Assembly (NCBI GenBank): GCA_964510955.1
Contig: CAZEDW010000014.1
Span: 10,192-74,191, forward strand
Direction of reading: 5' to 3'
DNA: 64,000 bases
Source: an uncultured Phycisphaeraceae bacterium
Lineage (GTDB): Bacteria > Planctomycetota > Phycisphaerae > Phycisphaerales > UBA1924
The notes beneath the pieces were generated by a model. That model was not told where the DNA came from and made no database searches. It saw only the letters and a program-made list of their open reading frames with translations. Positions 27,306-37,622 of this stretch are shown piece by piece; position 1 is the first letter of the stretch, and every line of letters starts with the position of its first letter. The translations under genes and the position numbers were made by a program.

Positions 27306-28289
27306 TCACGCCTCCGCAAAGTCATACCCAGCCATGTAGCACCCGCGCTGCTGCTTGGCGAGCTGCATGAGGATGTCGTTGGTGAGGGTGGAGGCGCCGA
27401 AGCGGAAGAGGTCGGGGGTGAGCCAGTCGTCGCCGAGGGTCTCCTTGACCATGACGAGGTAGTGCAGGGCCTGCTTGGCCGAGCGGATGCCGCCGGCGGG
27501 TTTGACGCCGATCTTCACGCCGGTGCGCAGGTAGTGGTCGCGGACGGCCTCGAGCATCACCAGCGTGACGCCCATCGTCGCGGCGGGCTGGACCTTTCCG
27601 GTCGAGGTCTTGATGAAATCCCGCTCGGTCAGGCCCGCGGCGATGGCCAAGTCCGACGCCTCGCGAACCAGGTCGTAGGTTTCGAGCTCGCCGGTCTCGA
27701 GAATTACTTTCAGATGGGCCCTTCCGCCGGCGCTCAGCCCCGGGCCGCCGACGGGGGTTTCGGCGCAGACGCCCTTGACGGCGGCGATCTCGTCCATCAC
27801 GCGGGCCCGCTCGCCGGCAAGGAAGGCGCCGCGGCTGATGACCATGTCGATCTCGTCGGCACCGTCTTCGATGGCCCGGCGGGTGTCGTCGAGACGCACG
27901 GCGATGGGGTATTGGCCGCTGGGGAAGCCGGTGGCGACCGAGGCGACGTGCACTCCCGAGCCCGCGAGCGCTGCGGCAGCGGCGGGCACCATCGCCGGGT
28001 AAACGCACACGGCGCCGACGTGCGGCAGCGTGGGGTCCGAGGGGTCCGGGGTGATGGCCTTGCGGCACAGCGAGCGCACCTTTTCGGGCGAGTCCTTGCC
28101 TTCGAGGGTGGTCAGGTCGAGCATCGAGAGGGCCAGCTTGAGGCCCTGGATTTTCGACGCCGTCTTGATGGACCGCTTGGTGAACGAAGCGGCGCGCTGG
28201 TCCGCCATGACGCGGTCAACGGTGGGGGAGGGCATGGGGTGATGATATGGCCGTACAGCGCCCCGATGTCGGTTGTCGGCTTGATTCAC
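27306..28289 (-). CDS. deoC: deoxyribose-phosphate aldolase
   Basis: 327 aa. Contains LALSMLDLTTLEG, VCVYP and KVILETGEL...IKTSTGK (Schiff-base Lys region). GTG start overlaps the upstream stop; an alternative ATG lies at 28235. Confidence 0.8.
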   Translation of the reverse strand: MNQADNRHRGAVRPYHHPMPSPTVDRVMADQRAASFTKRSIKTASKIQGLKLALSMLDLTTLEGKDSPEKVRSLCRKAITPDPSDPTLPHVGAVCVYPAMVPAAAAALAGSGVHVASVATGFPSGQYPIAVRLDDTRRAIEDGADEIDMVISRGAFLAGERARVMDEIAAVKGVCAETPVGGPGLSAGGRAHLKVILETGELETYDLVREASDLAIAAGLTERDFIKTSTGKVQPAATMGVTLVMLEAVRDHYLRTGVKIGVKPAGGIRSAKQALHYLVMVKETLGDDWLTPDLFRFGASTLTNDILMQLAKQQRGCYMAGYDFAEA

Positions 28290-29674
28290 ACCAGCAGCGT
28301 CGCGGGCGCCTCGAGGTACTTCTTCACGGTGGAAAGATACGCGGCGGCCATGGCGCCGTCGATCACGCGGTGGTCGCTGCTCATGGTCATCTGCATCTCG
28401 TGGCCGATGACGAGCTGGTCGTCGCGGACGACGGGCTTTTTGACCGCCGCGCCGACGGCGAGGATGGCCGAGTTGGGCGGGTTGATGATGGCGGTGAAGT
28501 GCTCGACGCCGAACATGCCGAGGTTGGAGATGGTGAAGGTGGAGTCGGCCATCTCATCGATGGTGAGGCCCTTGGCGCGGGCCTTCTCGGCCAGGGCGCG
28601 GGTCTGGGCGGAGATATGGCGGAGGCCGAGCTGATCGGCGTCGCGGAGCGTGGCCACGACCAGCCCGCCGCCGCCGGATTCGGCGCCGCTGAGGGCGACG
28701 GCGACGCCGATGTTGACGCGACCGTGGAGCTGGATGGACTCGTTGTCAGTGCCCCACGATGCGTTGACGAACGGGTGCTCGTGCATGGCGAGAGCGCAGG
28801 CGCGGACGACGAAGTCGTTGACGCTGAGCTTGACGCCCTGCGGGGAGAGCTGGTTGTTGAGCTGCTCGCGGAGCTTGACGAGCGCGTCCATAGCGACGGT
28901 GACCGTCACCTGGTAGTGCGGCACGGTGCTCTTGCTCTGCACCAGGCGGGTGGCGATGGTGCGGCGCATGTTGTTGAGGGCGATGCGCTTGTCGGCCAGG
29001 GGCTGGTCGCCGGTGGGGATGGAGATCGCCGCGACGCGAGGCGTGGCGGGGACCATCGCGGAAGGGCTCGGAGTCGCGGATTGCGGCGCGGCGTGCCTGA
29101 GCACCCCCGCACCGGACCCCGTGGGAACAGCGGGAGACCCGGCCGCGGCCTCGACGTCGCGCCGGATGATGCGGCCGCCCGGGCCGCTGCCTTGAAGTCG
29201 GGCCAGGTCGACGCCCGATTCTTCAGCGATTTTCCTGGCGAGCGGGGAAGCGAAGACTCGGCCGCCACCGACACCGGTCGAGGTGTGAGCGCCGTTTGGG
29301 GTTGAGTGCGGAGCGTCCAGCACCGCGGTGGAGCCGGCGCCCGACGCGGCGGAACTCTTGGCGGCGGCGCCGACGGTCTTGCCGCCCGCCGCGCTCAGAG
29401 CTCCCGCGCCAGCCTTGACCGTCGCCATGTCTTCACCCGGCTCGGCGATCAGCAGGATGGGGCGCGAGACTTCGACGGTCTGGCCGCTGGGCACCAGGAT
29501 GGCGGCGACCACGCCGGTGTCGAAGGACTGCAGCTCCATGGTGGCCTTGTCGGTCTCGATGTCGCCGAGCGACTGGCCGGGCTTGATGCTGTCGCCCTCT
29601 TTGACGTTCCAGGCGACGACGGTGCCGCGCTCCATGGTGTCGGAAAGGCGGGGCATGGTGACGGTGATGGGCAT
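28286..29674 (-). CDS. dihydrolipoamide acetyltransferase (2-oxo acid dehydrogenase E2)
   Basis: The track ORF extends to 29875; the ATG at 29674 (MPITVTMPRLSDTMERGTV) is preferred. Lipoyl motif DIETDKATMEL, a subunit-binding domain (ASPLARKIA), and catalytic SSDHRVIDGA. Confidence 0.9.
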   Translation of the reverse strand: MPITVTMPRLSDTMERGTVVAWNVKEGDSIKPGQSLGDIETDKATMELQSFDTGVVAAILVPSGQTVEVSRPILLIAEPGEDMATVKAGAGALSAAGGKTVGAAAKSSAASGAGSTAVLDAPHSTPNGAHTSTGVGGGRVFASPLARKIAEESGVDLARLQGSGPGGRIIRRDVEAAAGSPAVPTGSGAGVLRHAAPQSATPSPSAMVPATPRVAAISIPTGDQPLADKRIALNNMRRTIATRLVQSKSTVPHYQVTVTVAMDALVKLREQLNNQLSPQGVKLSVNDFVVRACALAMHEHPFVNASWGTDNESIQLHGRVNIGVAVALSGAESGGGGLVVATLRDADQLGLRHISAQTRALAEKARAKGLTIDEMADSTFTISNLGMFGVEHFTAIINPPNSAILAVGAAVKKPVVRDDQLVIGHEMQMTMSSDHRVIDGAMAAAYLSTVKKYLEAPATLLV

Positions 29675-29691
29675 GGGGGGGCTCAGATGGG

Positions 29692-29735
29692 AAATAGCAA
29701 ATGGCAAAGAGCAAAGGGCAAAGGGCAAATGCGAG
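29692..29735. repeat. A/T-rich GCAAA-type repeat block (left arm of an imperfect inverted repeat)
   Basis: AAATAGCAAATGGCAAAGAGCAAAGGGCAAAGGGCAAATGCGAG. It contains GCAAATGGCAAA, whose reverse complement TTTGCCATTTGC occurs at 30118-30129. Confidence 0.75.
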
Positions 29736-29748
29736 CTGATCAGTCCGA

Positions 29749-30105
29749 TTAGTCTCTGCGGGTGGCTGTGATCATGGAGCCAATGATGCGGACCAGTTCG
29801 ACGCTTTCTTGCTCCAAGTGTACGAGGCGCTTGGCGGGGACCCAGCCGCGGCGTCCTATCAACCGAATCCAGCACCGCGTCTCAGAAAGCTCCCTCATGG
29901 AGATGCCAAGGGCGCGGGCGAAGTCAGGGCGACTCATGGCTTCGGCGGCCTCGTACGCGTTGGCCCCAACCGATGTGCCGGATCGAACAAGTTGACCGGC
30001 GAGCATCTTGCCTTGCGCGGATTTTCCCATGGCCAGAGCCACGTCGAGAACACGATCGCCAAACGATTCGATGCGCTCGAGAAACTCAGGCTTCAGCCTG
30101 CCCAT
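29749..30105 (-). CDS. four-helix-bundle protein (23S rRNA intervening-sequence protein / Avd-like family)
   Basis: 118 aa. Contains QLVRSGTSVGANAYEAAEAMSRPDFARALGISMRELSETRCWIRL, the hallmark of the TIGR02436-type family. Confidence 0.8.
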   Translation of the reverse strand: MGRLKPEFLERIESFGDRVLDVALAMGKSAQGKMLAGQLVRSGTSVGANAYEAAEAMSRPDFARALGISMRELSETRCWIRLIGRRGWVPAKRLVHLEQESVELVRIIGSMITATRRD

Positions 30106-30114
30106 CCGAAGCTC

Positions 30115-30150
30115 CTATTTGCCATTTGCGATTTGCTATTTGCGATTTCG
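30115..30150. repeat. A/T-rich TTTGC-type repeat block (right arm of an imperfect inverted repeat)
   Basis: CTATTTGCCATTTGCGATTTGCTATTTGCGATTTCG, lying between the four-helix-bundle start (30105) and the pdhB stop (30154). Confidence 0.75.
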
Positions 30151-30153
30151 ACT

Positions 30154-31140
30154 CTAGACCGCCGCTCCCACCGCCCCCTTCACCGCCCGTTTGATCTTCC
30201 CCTTGTTCGGCAGGTACTCCATCTCCAGGTTCTTCGCGTAGGGCGTGGGCACATCGTTGGTGTTCACGCGCACCGGCTCATGATCCAAGTGATCGAACGC
30301 TCGCTCGATGGTCTGGGTGATCACCTCGGTGGCGACGCTGGCGAAGGGCCAGGACTGATCGACCACCACCAGGCGGCCCGTCTTCTTCACGCTGTTGATG
30401 ATGGCCTCGATGTCGAGGGGGCGGATGGTGCGCATGTCGAGCACGTCGCAGGTGATGCCCTCACCAGCGAGTTCGTCGGCGGCTTCCATGCAGAAGTTCA
30501 CGGGGCGCCCGAAGCTGACGAGGGTGCAGTCGGTGCCTTCGCGCCGGAGGATCGATTGGCCGAAGGGGATGGTGTACTCCTCTTCGGGGACTTCGCCCTT
30601 GTCGCCGAGCATGCGCTCGGACTCGAGGAAGAAGACCGGGTCGTCGTCGCGGATGGCGGTCTTGAGCAGGCCCTTGGCGTCGTAGGGGCAGCTCGGGATG
30701 GCGATCTTGAGGCCGGGGACGTTTGAGTACAGCGCCTCGACGCACCACGAGTGGGTGCTGCCGAGCTGGCCGCCGGCGCCGTTGTTGCCGCGGAAGACGA
30801 TGGGGCAGCCCCATTGGCCGCCGGACATGTAGAGCATCTTGGCGGCGTTGTTCAGGATCTGGTCGGCGGCGACGAGGCTGAACGACCACGACATGAACTC
30901 GATGATGGGGCGCAGGCCGTACATGGCGGCCCCGATGCCCAGGCCCGCAAAGCCGTTCTCGCTGATGGGCGAGTCGATGATGCGCTTGGGCCCGAACTCG
31001 TCGAGCATGCCCTGGGAGACCTTGTAGGCGCCGTTGTACTGGGCGACTTCCTCGCCGAGGAGGAAGATGCGCGGGTCGCGGCGCATCTCTTCGGACATGG
31101 CTTCACGGAGGGCTTCGCGGAAGGTGATGACTCGGGACAT
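30154..31140 (-). CDS. pdhB: pyruvate dehydrogenase E1 component, beta subunit
   Basis: The track ORF extends to 31254; the ATG at 31140 (MSRVITFREALREAMSEEM) is preferred. Contains LLGEEVAQYNGAYKVSQGMLDEFG and the transketolase-like pyrimidine-binding and C-terminal domains. Confidence 0.9.
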   Translation of the reverse strand: MSRVITFREALREAMSEEMRRDPRIFLLGEEVAQYNGAYKVSQGMLDEFGPKRIIDSPISENGFAGLGIGAAMYGLRPIIEFMSWSFSLVAADQILNNAAKMLYMSGGQWGCPIVFRGNNGAGGQLGSTHSWCVEALYSNVPGLKIAIPSCPYDAKGLLKTAIRDDDPVFFLESERMLGDKGEVPEEEYTIPFGQSILRREGTDCTLVSFGRPVNFCMEAADELAGEGITCDVLDMRTIRPLDIEAIINSVKKTGRLVVVDQSWPFASVATEVITQTIERAFDHLDHEPVRVNTNDVPTPYAKNLEMEYLPNKGKIKRAVKGAVGAAV

Positions 31141-31354
31141 GGATGGACTCCGGAGCCGTTGGAGTGATTCCAATCTGGCTCGGGCTTGGGCTGATTCGAT
31201 TGGACCGCGGGTGCGGCGCTGCCGGCGCGTCCCGCGGGTAAAGCGCTTTTTCACGGTTCGCCGCGGGGACTGGGATCATAGGGACCGCGCGCCCCCCTGC
31301 TCCACCGAGGGTGTGCCGCGGGCTGAACGGCTTCCGTACGGACCAGCGTGGGGA

Positions 31355-32347
<993 letters not shown>

Positions 32348-32351
32348 GGCG

Positions 32352-33227
32352 TCACGCCGCCGCCGCGCCGGCGACGGCGAGGCCGCACCAGGAGGTCAGA
32401 ACGCGCGACGCCTCGGGCAGCGCCGTCTCGGGCGCCGCGAGATCGGGCAGCCACGCCTTGTCCCACGCGAAGACAACCCAGGCGCTCGAACCGGCGGCGT
32501 TGAGCGCCTCGCACACGGCGCGGATCGGGAGGTCTCCCTGGCCCGGCAGGCACGGGCGGCCCGCCTTGGTGTCGCGGACGCGGACCGCTTCCAGGCGCGG
32601 CCCCAGAAGTTTCACGGCGTCCTGGTCCTTGTCGCCCGCCGCCACGCCCGCGCCGATGTCGTAGCTCGCGCCCAGGAGCGGACTGCCGACCAGCTCGATG
32701 ATCTTGGCCAGGTCCCGTGCGCCTGCGAAGTCGGCGGCGTTTTCGATCAGGACGCGCACATCGCGGTTGCGGGCGTGGTCGCAGATATCGCGGAGCCGGT
32801 TGGTGATGCGCCGGAGCGCAGACCACTTGGTATCGCCGGGCACCCCCGGAACAGGGGCGCCGGGCACTTCAAGGGCGAATACCCGGATGTACCGCGCACC
32901 CGTCGCGGCGGCCAGGTCCACCATCCGCTTGCCCGCCCGCACACCGGCGTAGCGCTTGGCGAAGACGTGTCCCATCATGGGCGGGAAGACCGGGGCGTCG
33001 AGGCGGACGCCGGTGCCCAGGCCGCACAGGTCCACGCCGTTGTCGCGGAACAGAGCGCGGACCTTGGCAGGGTCGGTCGAGGCGGGTTCGGAGGCGAAGG
33101 CGTGGGTGTCGCCGTCGCCGAAGCTGCGCAGCTCGACTCCACGGAATCCGTACTCGGCGGCGGCGCGGGCGACGCGGTCGAGGGTCCAATCCGGGCAGGC
33201 GACGGTCGAGAAGGCGGTGCGGAGCAT
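32352..33227 (-). CDS. sugar phosphate isomerase/epimerase (xylose isomerase-like TIM barrel)
   Basis: The track ORF extends to 33464; the ATG at 33227 (MLRTAFSTVACPDWTLDRV) is preferred. Contains GFRGVELR and VLIENAADF, typical of AP endonuclease 2 / TIM-barrel family proteins. Confidence 0.75.
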   Translation of the reverse strand: MLRTAFSTVACPDWTLDRVARAAAEYGFRGVELRSFGDGDTHAFASEPASTDPAKVRALFRDNGVDLCGLGTGVRLDAPVFPPMMGHVFAKRYAGVRAGKRMVDLAAATGARYIRVFALEVPGAPVPGVPGDTKWSALRRITNRLRDICDHARNRDVRVLIENAADFAGARDLAKIIELVGSPLLGASYDIGAGVAAGDKDQDAVKLLGPRLEAVRVRDTKAGRPCLPGQGDLPIRAVCEALNAAGSSAWVVFAWDKAWLPDLAAPETALPEASRVLTSWCGLAVAGAAAA

Positions 33228-33330
33228 GGGAGGGGCAGGATACCGGGGCCGGCGGGGGCAGGCGAACAAGTCGCCGGGGTTTGGTACCCTGCGGGCCGCT
33301 GAGATCAATGACATTCCCGGAGACTTCCCG

Positions 33331-34617
33331 ATGGCTTCGCTCAGGCCGTGTTCAAACCTGCTGACCGCTTTCGCGCTGATCGCTTCCCTGTCGCTCTTGG
33401 GCGGGTGCGAAAAGAAAGATGAGGCGGCCAAGCCGGCGCCCGCGACGGGGGCCGGCGCGGCCAAACCCGCCGGCGACGGCGTGGCTGCCAGCTCCTCTGC
33501 GCCGGAGGCGGCGGCCGCGAAGCCCGCTGAGGGCGGTGGAGCCGGGCCGATCCTGATCGGCCACTACGGTTCGCTCACAGGCTCCAAGGCAACCTTCGGC
33601 AAGTCCACCGATCAGGGCATCAAGCTGGCGGTCAAGGAGATCAACGCCAAGGGCGGCGTCTCTGTCGGCGGCACGAAGCACAAAGTCGAGCTGCTTTCCG
33701 AAGACACCGAGGGCAAGGCCGAGAAGGCCGGCACCGTTGTCACCAAGCTTATCACCAAGGACAAGGTTTCCGCCCTCCTGGGCGAGGTGGCGTCGAGCAT
33801 CACGCTGGCGGGCGCGCCGGTGGCCCAGCAGTACGGCGTACCGATGATCACGCCATCCTCCACCAACCCGGCCTGCACCGCGGTGGGCGACATGATCTTC
33901 CGGGTGTGCTTCATCGACCCGTTCCAGGGCTTCGCGTGCGCCAAGTTCTGCCACGAGAACCTGAAGATGACCAAGGTCGCCCTGCTGTTCGACCAGGCCG
34001 GCGCCTACTCGGTGGGCTTGAAGGACGAGTTCGCCAAGGCCTTCCAGGGCATGGGCGGCACCATCGTCAGCACCCAGGCCTACAACGAGGGCGACAGCGA
34101 CTTCAAGGCCCAGCTCACCCGCATCCGCGAGGCCCAGCCGCAGGCCATCTTCGTGCCCGGTTACTACACCGAGGTGGCCAACATCGCGCTGCAGGCCAAG
34201 CAGCTCAACCTGACGGTGCCGCTCATTGGCGGCGACGGGTGGGACTCCGAAGACCTGGCCAAGAACGCGGGCAAGGCGATCGAGGGCTGCTTCTACTCAA
34301 ACCACTACGCCTCGGACCAGCCCACGAAGGAGATCCAGGACTTTGTGTCCAAGTACAAGGCCGACTTCGGATCGGTCCCCGACGGTCTGGCGGCGCTGGG
34401 GTATGACGCGGCGAACATCCTCTTTGACGCCATGGGGCGGGCCAAGAGCCTCGGCGGGAAGGACCTGGCGGCGGCGATCGCCGGCACCAAGGACTTCAAG
34501 GGTGTTACGGGCTCGATCACGCTGAACGCCGAGCGCGACGCGGTGAAGCCGGCGGTCATGGTGCAGATGAAGGGCGGGGTGCCGGTCTACGCGGCGACGG
34601 TCGAGCCCACCCGGTAG
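33331..34617 (+). CDS. branched-chain amino acid ABC transporter substrate-binding lipoprotein (LivK/LivJ-like)
   Basis: Track ORF is 32956..34617; the ATG at 33331 is preferred (signal LTAFALIASLSLLGGC). Contains ILIGHYGSLTGSKATFG and a type-I periplasmic binding fold pattern. Confidence 0.85.
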   Translation: MASLRPCSNLLTAFALIASLSLLGGCEKKDEAAKPAPATGAGAAKPAGDGVAASSSAPEAAAAKPAEGGGAGPILIGHYGSLTGSKATFGKSTDQGIKLAVKEINAKGGVSVGGTKHKVELLSEDTEGKAEKAGTVVTKLITKDKVSALLGEVASSITLAGAPVAQQYGVPMITPSSTNPACTAVGDMIFRVCFIDPFQGFACAKFCHENLKMTKVALLFDQAGAYSVGLKDEFAKAFQGMGGTIVSTQAYNEGDSDFKAQLTRIREAQPQAIFVPGYYTEVANIALQAKQLNLTVPLIGGDGWDSEDLAKNAGKAIEGCFYSNHYASDQPTKEIQDFVSKYKADFGSVPDGLAALGYDAANILFDAMGRAKSLGGKDLAAAIAGTKDFKGVTGSITLNAERDAVKPAVMVQMKGGVPVYAATVEPTR

Positions 34618-34703
34618 GCCGGCGGCCCGCGCCACGCCCGGGTTTGGGCGGCGGCCGGCGCGGCCGGATGTGCCGTCCCGCCTTGCGGTAATCTCCCCCC
34701 GCC

Positions 34704-35630
34704 TTGGACCAACTGCTCCAAACCCTGAAGGACGGTGTCACCCTCGGGAGCCTGTATGCGCTGATCGCGCTGGGCTACACGATGGTGTACGGCATCCTGA
34801 AGTTCATCAACTTCGCCCACTCGGACATCGTGGTGCTGGGGGCGTGGCTGAGCCTGAACATCGCCACCAAGCTGCTGGGTGTCCTAGGCGTGGAGGAGGC
34901 CCCCGCGTGGGTCGGACCGCTCGTGCTGGTCGCCGCGATGACGGGCTGCGGGCTGGTCGGCTTCACGGTCGAGCGGCTGGCGTACAAGCCGCTCCGAGGG
35001 GCGCCGCGCCTGAACGTGCTCATCACGGCCATCGGGGTGTCGCTGTTCCTGCAGAACACCGGGCAGCTCGATGCCCTGTTCGGCAACCGCCCCCGCCCCA
35101 TGCCTGCCCTGATCGCCGACGTCACGCTCCTGCAGGTCGGGCAGGTTCACCTCAGCCTGCTGGACGTGGTCGGTGCCGGCACGGCGGTGGCGCTGATGGT
35201 GGCGCTTGAATGGCTCGTCTTTCACACCAAGATGGGGAGGGCGATGCGGGCCACCAGCCACAACGTCAAGGTGGCGGCCTTGATGGGCATCCCGGTGGAC
35301 CGCGTGGTGAGCTTCACGTTCATCCTGGGCTCGATGCTGGCCGCCGCGGGCGGGTTCCTGTGGGCCTTGAAGTACCAAACGATCAAGCAGCCCGCCGACG
35401 CCTCGTGGGTGCTGCTGGGGTTGAAGGCGTTTGTCGCCGCGGTGGTGGGGGGGATCGGCAACGTCCGCGGCGCCATGCTGGGGGGGCTGGCGATCGGGCT
35501 GATCGAGCAGTTCGGGGCGGCGTATCTCTCCAGTTCCATGACCAACGTGTATGTGTTCGCGATCCTCATCCTGGTTCTGCTGGTCAGGCCGGGGGGGATC
35601 CTCGGGAAGGCGACGGTGGAGAAGGTGTAG
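34704..35630 (+). CDS. livH: branched-chain amino acid ABC transporter permease
   Basis: 308 aa with a TTG start. Contains LKDGVTLGSLYALIALGYTMVYGILKFINFAH, typical of LivH. Confidence 0.88.
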   Translation: MDQLLQTLKDGVTLGSLYALIALGYTMVYGILKFINFAHSDIVVLGAWLSLNIATKLLGVLGVEEAPAWVGPLVLVAAMTGCGLVGFTVERLAYKPLRGAPRLNVLITAIGVSLFLQNTGQLDALFGNRPRPMPALIADVTLLQVGQVHLSLLDVVGAGTAVALMVALEWLVFHTKMGRAMRATSHNVKVAALMGIPVDRVVSFTFILGSMLAAAGGFLWALKYQTIKQPADASWVLLGLKAFVAAVVGGIGNVRGAMLGGLAIGLIEQFGAAYLSSSMTNVYVFAILILVLLVRPGGILGKATVEKV

Positions 35631-35679
35631 GGGGCGGGGGAGGTGGTCGAGTGTTCAAGTGGTCAAAGTGGTCCGGTGA

Positions 35680-36852
35680 TTGGAAGCGAGTGAGTTGACG
35701 ACGAGCGTTCGTTCATCCAGCAGAGGCCCGAACCTGGTTTCGCCGGGCGTGGTGTTTGCCCGCGCGTGGCTGCCCGTTCTGGCCATCGCGGGCGTCGGCG
35801 TGGCGATGCAGCTTGTGCTGAAGCCCGCCATCAATGCCTACTGGTCCGACCTGCTCATTACCATCGGGATCAACGTGGTGCTGGCGGTGTCGCTCAACAT
35901 CGTCAACGGGTTCACCGGCCAGTTCTCGATGGGGCACGCGGGTTTCCTCGCCGTGGGGGGGTATGTCTCCGGCGCGATTACCTATTACTTCTCGCTGCTG
36001 AACTGGGGCGCGGCCAAGGCCCAGGGTGGGGTGCTGAGCGGGATGCCCCTGGACACCGCCGGCCTCCCGGTGCTTGCCGGGGGCGATGCGCTCTTCCCTG
36101 TCGCGCTCATCTGCGGCGGGTTGGTCGCGGCGCTGCTGGGGTTCGCCGTGGGGCTGCCGTCGCTTCGGCTCAAGGGCGACTATCTGGCGATCGTGACCCT
36201 GGGGTTCGGCGAGATCGTGCGCGTGCTTATCCAGCAGACGTCACCTCTGGTCACAAAGGCCGATGCCGCCCGCGATGCGGGCGTGCTGAAGCTCTCGACC
36301 AGCCTGGGCGGGGCGCTGGGATTCACCGGGCTGCCGAGCTATACGAGCCTGTTCTGGGCGTGGTTGGGGGCGGGCCTGGTAATCCTCGTGGCGTACAGGC
36401 TGAAGACTTCCAGCCCCGGGCGTGCGTTCCTGTCCATCCGCGAGGACGAGATCGCCGCCGAGGCGATGGGAGTCAACACCACGAAGTACAAGGTCTGGGC
36501 CTTCGTGATCGCGGCGTTCTTCGCGGGCATCGCCGGGGGGCTGTCGGCCCACAAGCTGGGCGTGGCCTTGGGGCCGGTTGACGCGGGGTTCCAGCGCTCG
36601 TTCGACATCATCATCATGGTCGTGCTGGGCGGGCTGGGCTCGATCAGCGGCGCGGCGCTGGCGGCGGTGGTGGTCACGCTGCTGCCGGAATATCTTCGAC
36701 CCGTCGCCGATTACCGGATGATCATCTTCGCGCTGGCGCTGGTGCTGATGATGATCCTGCGGCCCAAGGGGCTGCTGGGCGTGCGCGAGATCTGGGACAG
36801 GTCGTTGTGGAAGGTGGTGTTCCGGCGCGGCGGGAAGGAGCGTCGCCCATGA
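35680..36852 (+). CDS. livM: branched-chain amino acid ABC transporter permease
   Basis: 390 aa, polytopic. Contains LNIVNGFTGQFSMGHAGFLAVGGY, typical of LivM. The start is uncertain (TTG in the track). Confidence 0.85.
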   Translation: MEASELTTSVRSSSRGPNLVSPGVVFARAWLPVLAIAGVGVAMQLVLKPAINAYWSDLLITIGINVVLAVSLNIVNGFTGQFSMGHAGFLAVGGYVSGAITYYFSLLNWGAAKAQGGVLSGMPLDTAGLPVLAGGDALFPVALICGGLVAALLGFAVGLPSLRLKGDYLAIVTLGFGEIVRVLIQQTSPLVTKADAARDAGVLKLSTSLGGALGFTGLPSYTSLFWAWLGAGLVILVAYRLKTSSPGRAFLSIREDEIAAEAMGVNTTKYKVWAFVIAAFFAGIAGGLSAHKLGVALGPVDAGFQRSFDIIIMVVLGGLGSISGAALAAVVVTLLPEYLRPVADYRMIIFALALVLMMILRPKGLLGVREIWDRSLWKVVFRRGGKERRP

Positions 36853-37622
36853 CCGACGCGCTGCTCACCGCCACTGGAATCGATAAGAGCTTCGGCGGCC
36901 TCAAAGCCGTTCAGCAGTTCAACATCACCCTGCCCGCGCGGTCGCTCAGCGGCCTGATCGGCCCCAACGGCGCCGGAAAAACCACCGTGTTCAACCTGCT
37001 CACGGGGGTGTACAAGCCCGACGCGGGGAGCGTCTCGCTTGCTGGGCAGACCCTCACCGGCCTCCGCCCCTACCAGATCGCCGGCGCGGGCGTGGCCCGG
37101 ACGTTCCAGAACATCCGTCTGTTCGGCGAGCTGAGCGTGCTCGACAACGTCCGCGTGGCGTGTCACCTGCGCTGCGCCCACGGCATGCCCGCGGCGGTGC
37201 TGCGCACGACCGCCCACTCTCGCCAGGAACACGATACGACCGCCCGCTGCCGCGAGCTCCTGGCCCTCTTCGGCCTGCTCGACCGCGAGGCTGAGCAGGC
37301 CCGCAACCTCCCCTACGGCGACCAGCGCCGCCTGGAAATCGCCCGCGCGATCGCAACCGGCCCCAAGGTGCTGCTGCTCGACGAGCCCGCCGCCGGCATG
37401 AACCCGCAGGAAAAAAAGGACCTCCGCGAGCTGATCCGCCGAATCCGCGACCAGTTCGCCCTCACGATCCTCCTCATCGAGCACGACATGGGCGTGGTAA
37501 TGGACATCTGTGAGAACATCACGGTGCTGGACTACGGCAAGATCATCGCCGTGGGGCCGCCGGAGAAGGTGCAGAAGGACCCGAAGGTGATCGAGGCGTA
37601 TCTGGGGGCGCCAGCGGCGTGA
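36849..37622 (+). CDS. livG: branched-chain amino acid ABC transporter ATP-binding protein
   Basis: ATG at 36849 overlaps the livM stop (ATGA). Walker A GPNGAGKTT, signature LPYGDQRRLEIA, Walker B LLLDEPAAGMN. Confidence 0.9.
   Translation: MTDALLTATGIDKSFGGLKAVQQFNITLPARSLSGLIGPNGAGKTTVFNLLTGVYKPDAGSVSLAGQTLTGLRPYQIAGAGVARTFQNIRLFGELSVLDNVRVACHLRCAHGMPAAVLRTTAHSRQEHDTTARCRELLALFGLLDREAEQARNLPYGDQRRLEIARAIATGPKVLLLDEPAAGMNPQEKKDLRELIRRIRDQFALTILLIEHDMGVVMDICENITVLDYGKIIAVGPPEKVQKDPKVIEAYLGAPAA

Noticed and set aside
29692-30150. Possible complete diversity-generating retroelement around the Avd-like gene
   Set aside because: There is no reverse transcriptase ORF and no template/variable repeat pair in this window. 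Only the accessory-like four-helix-bundle gene and short flanking repeats are present.
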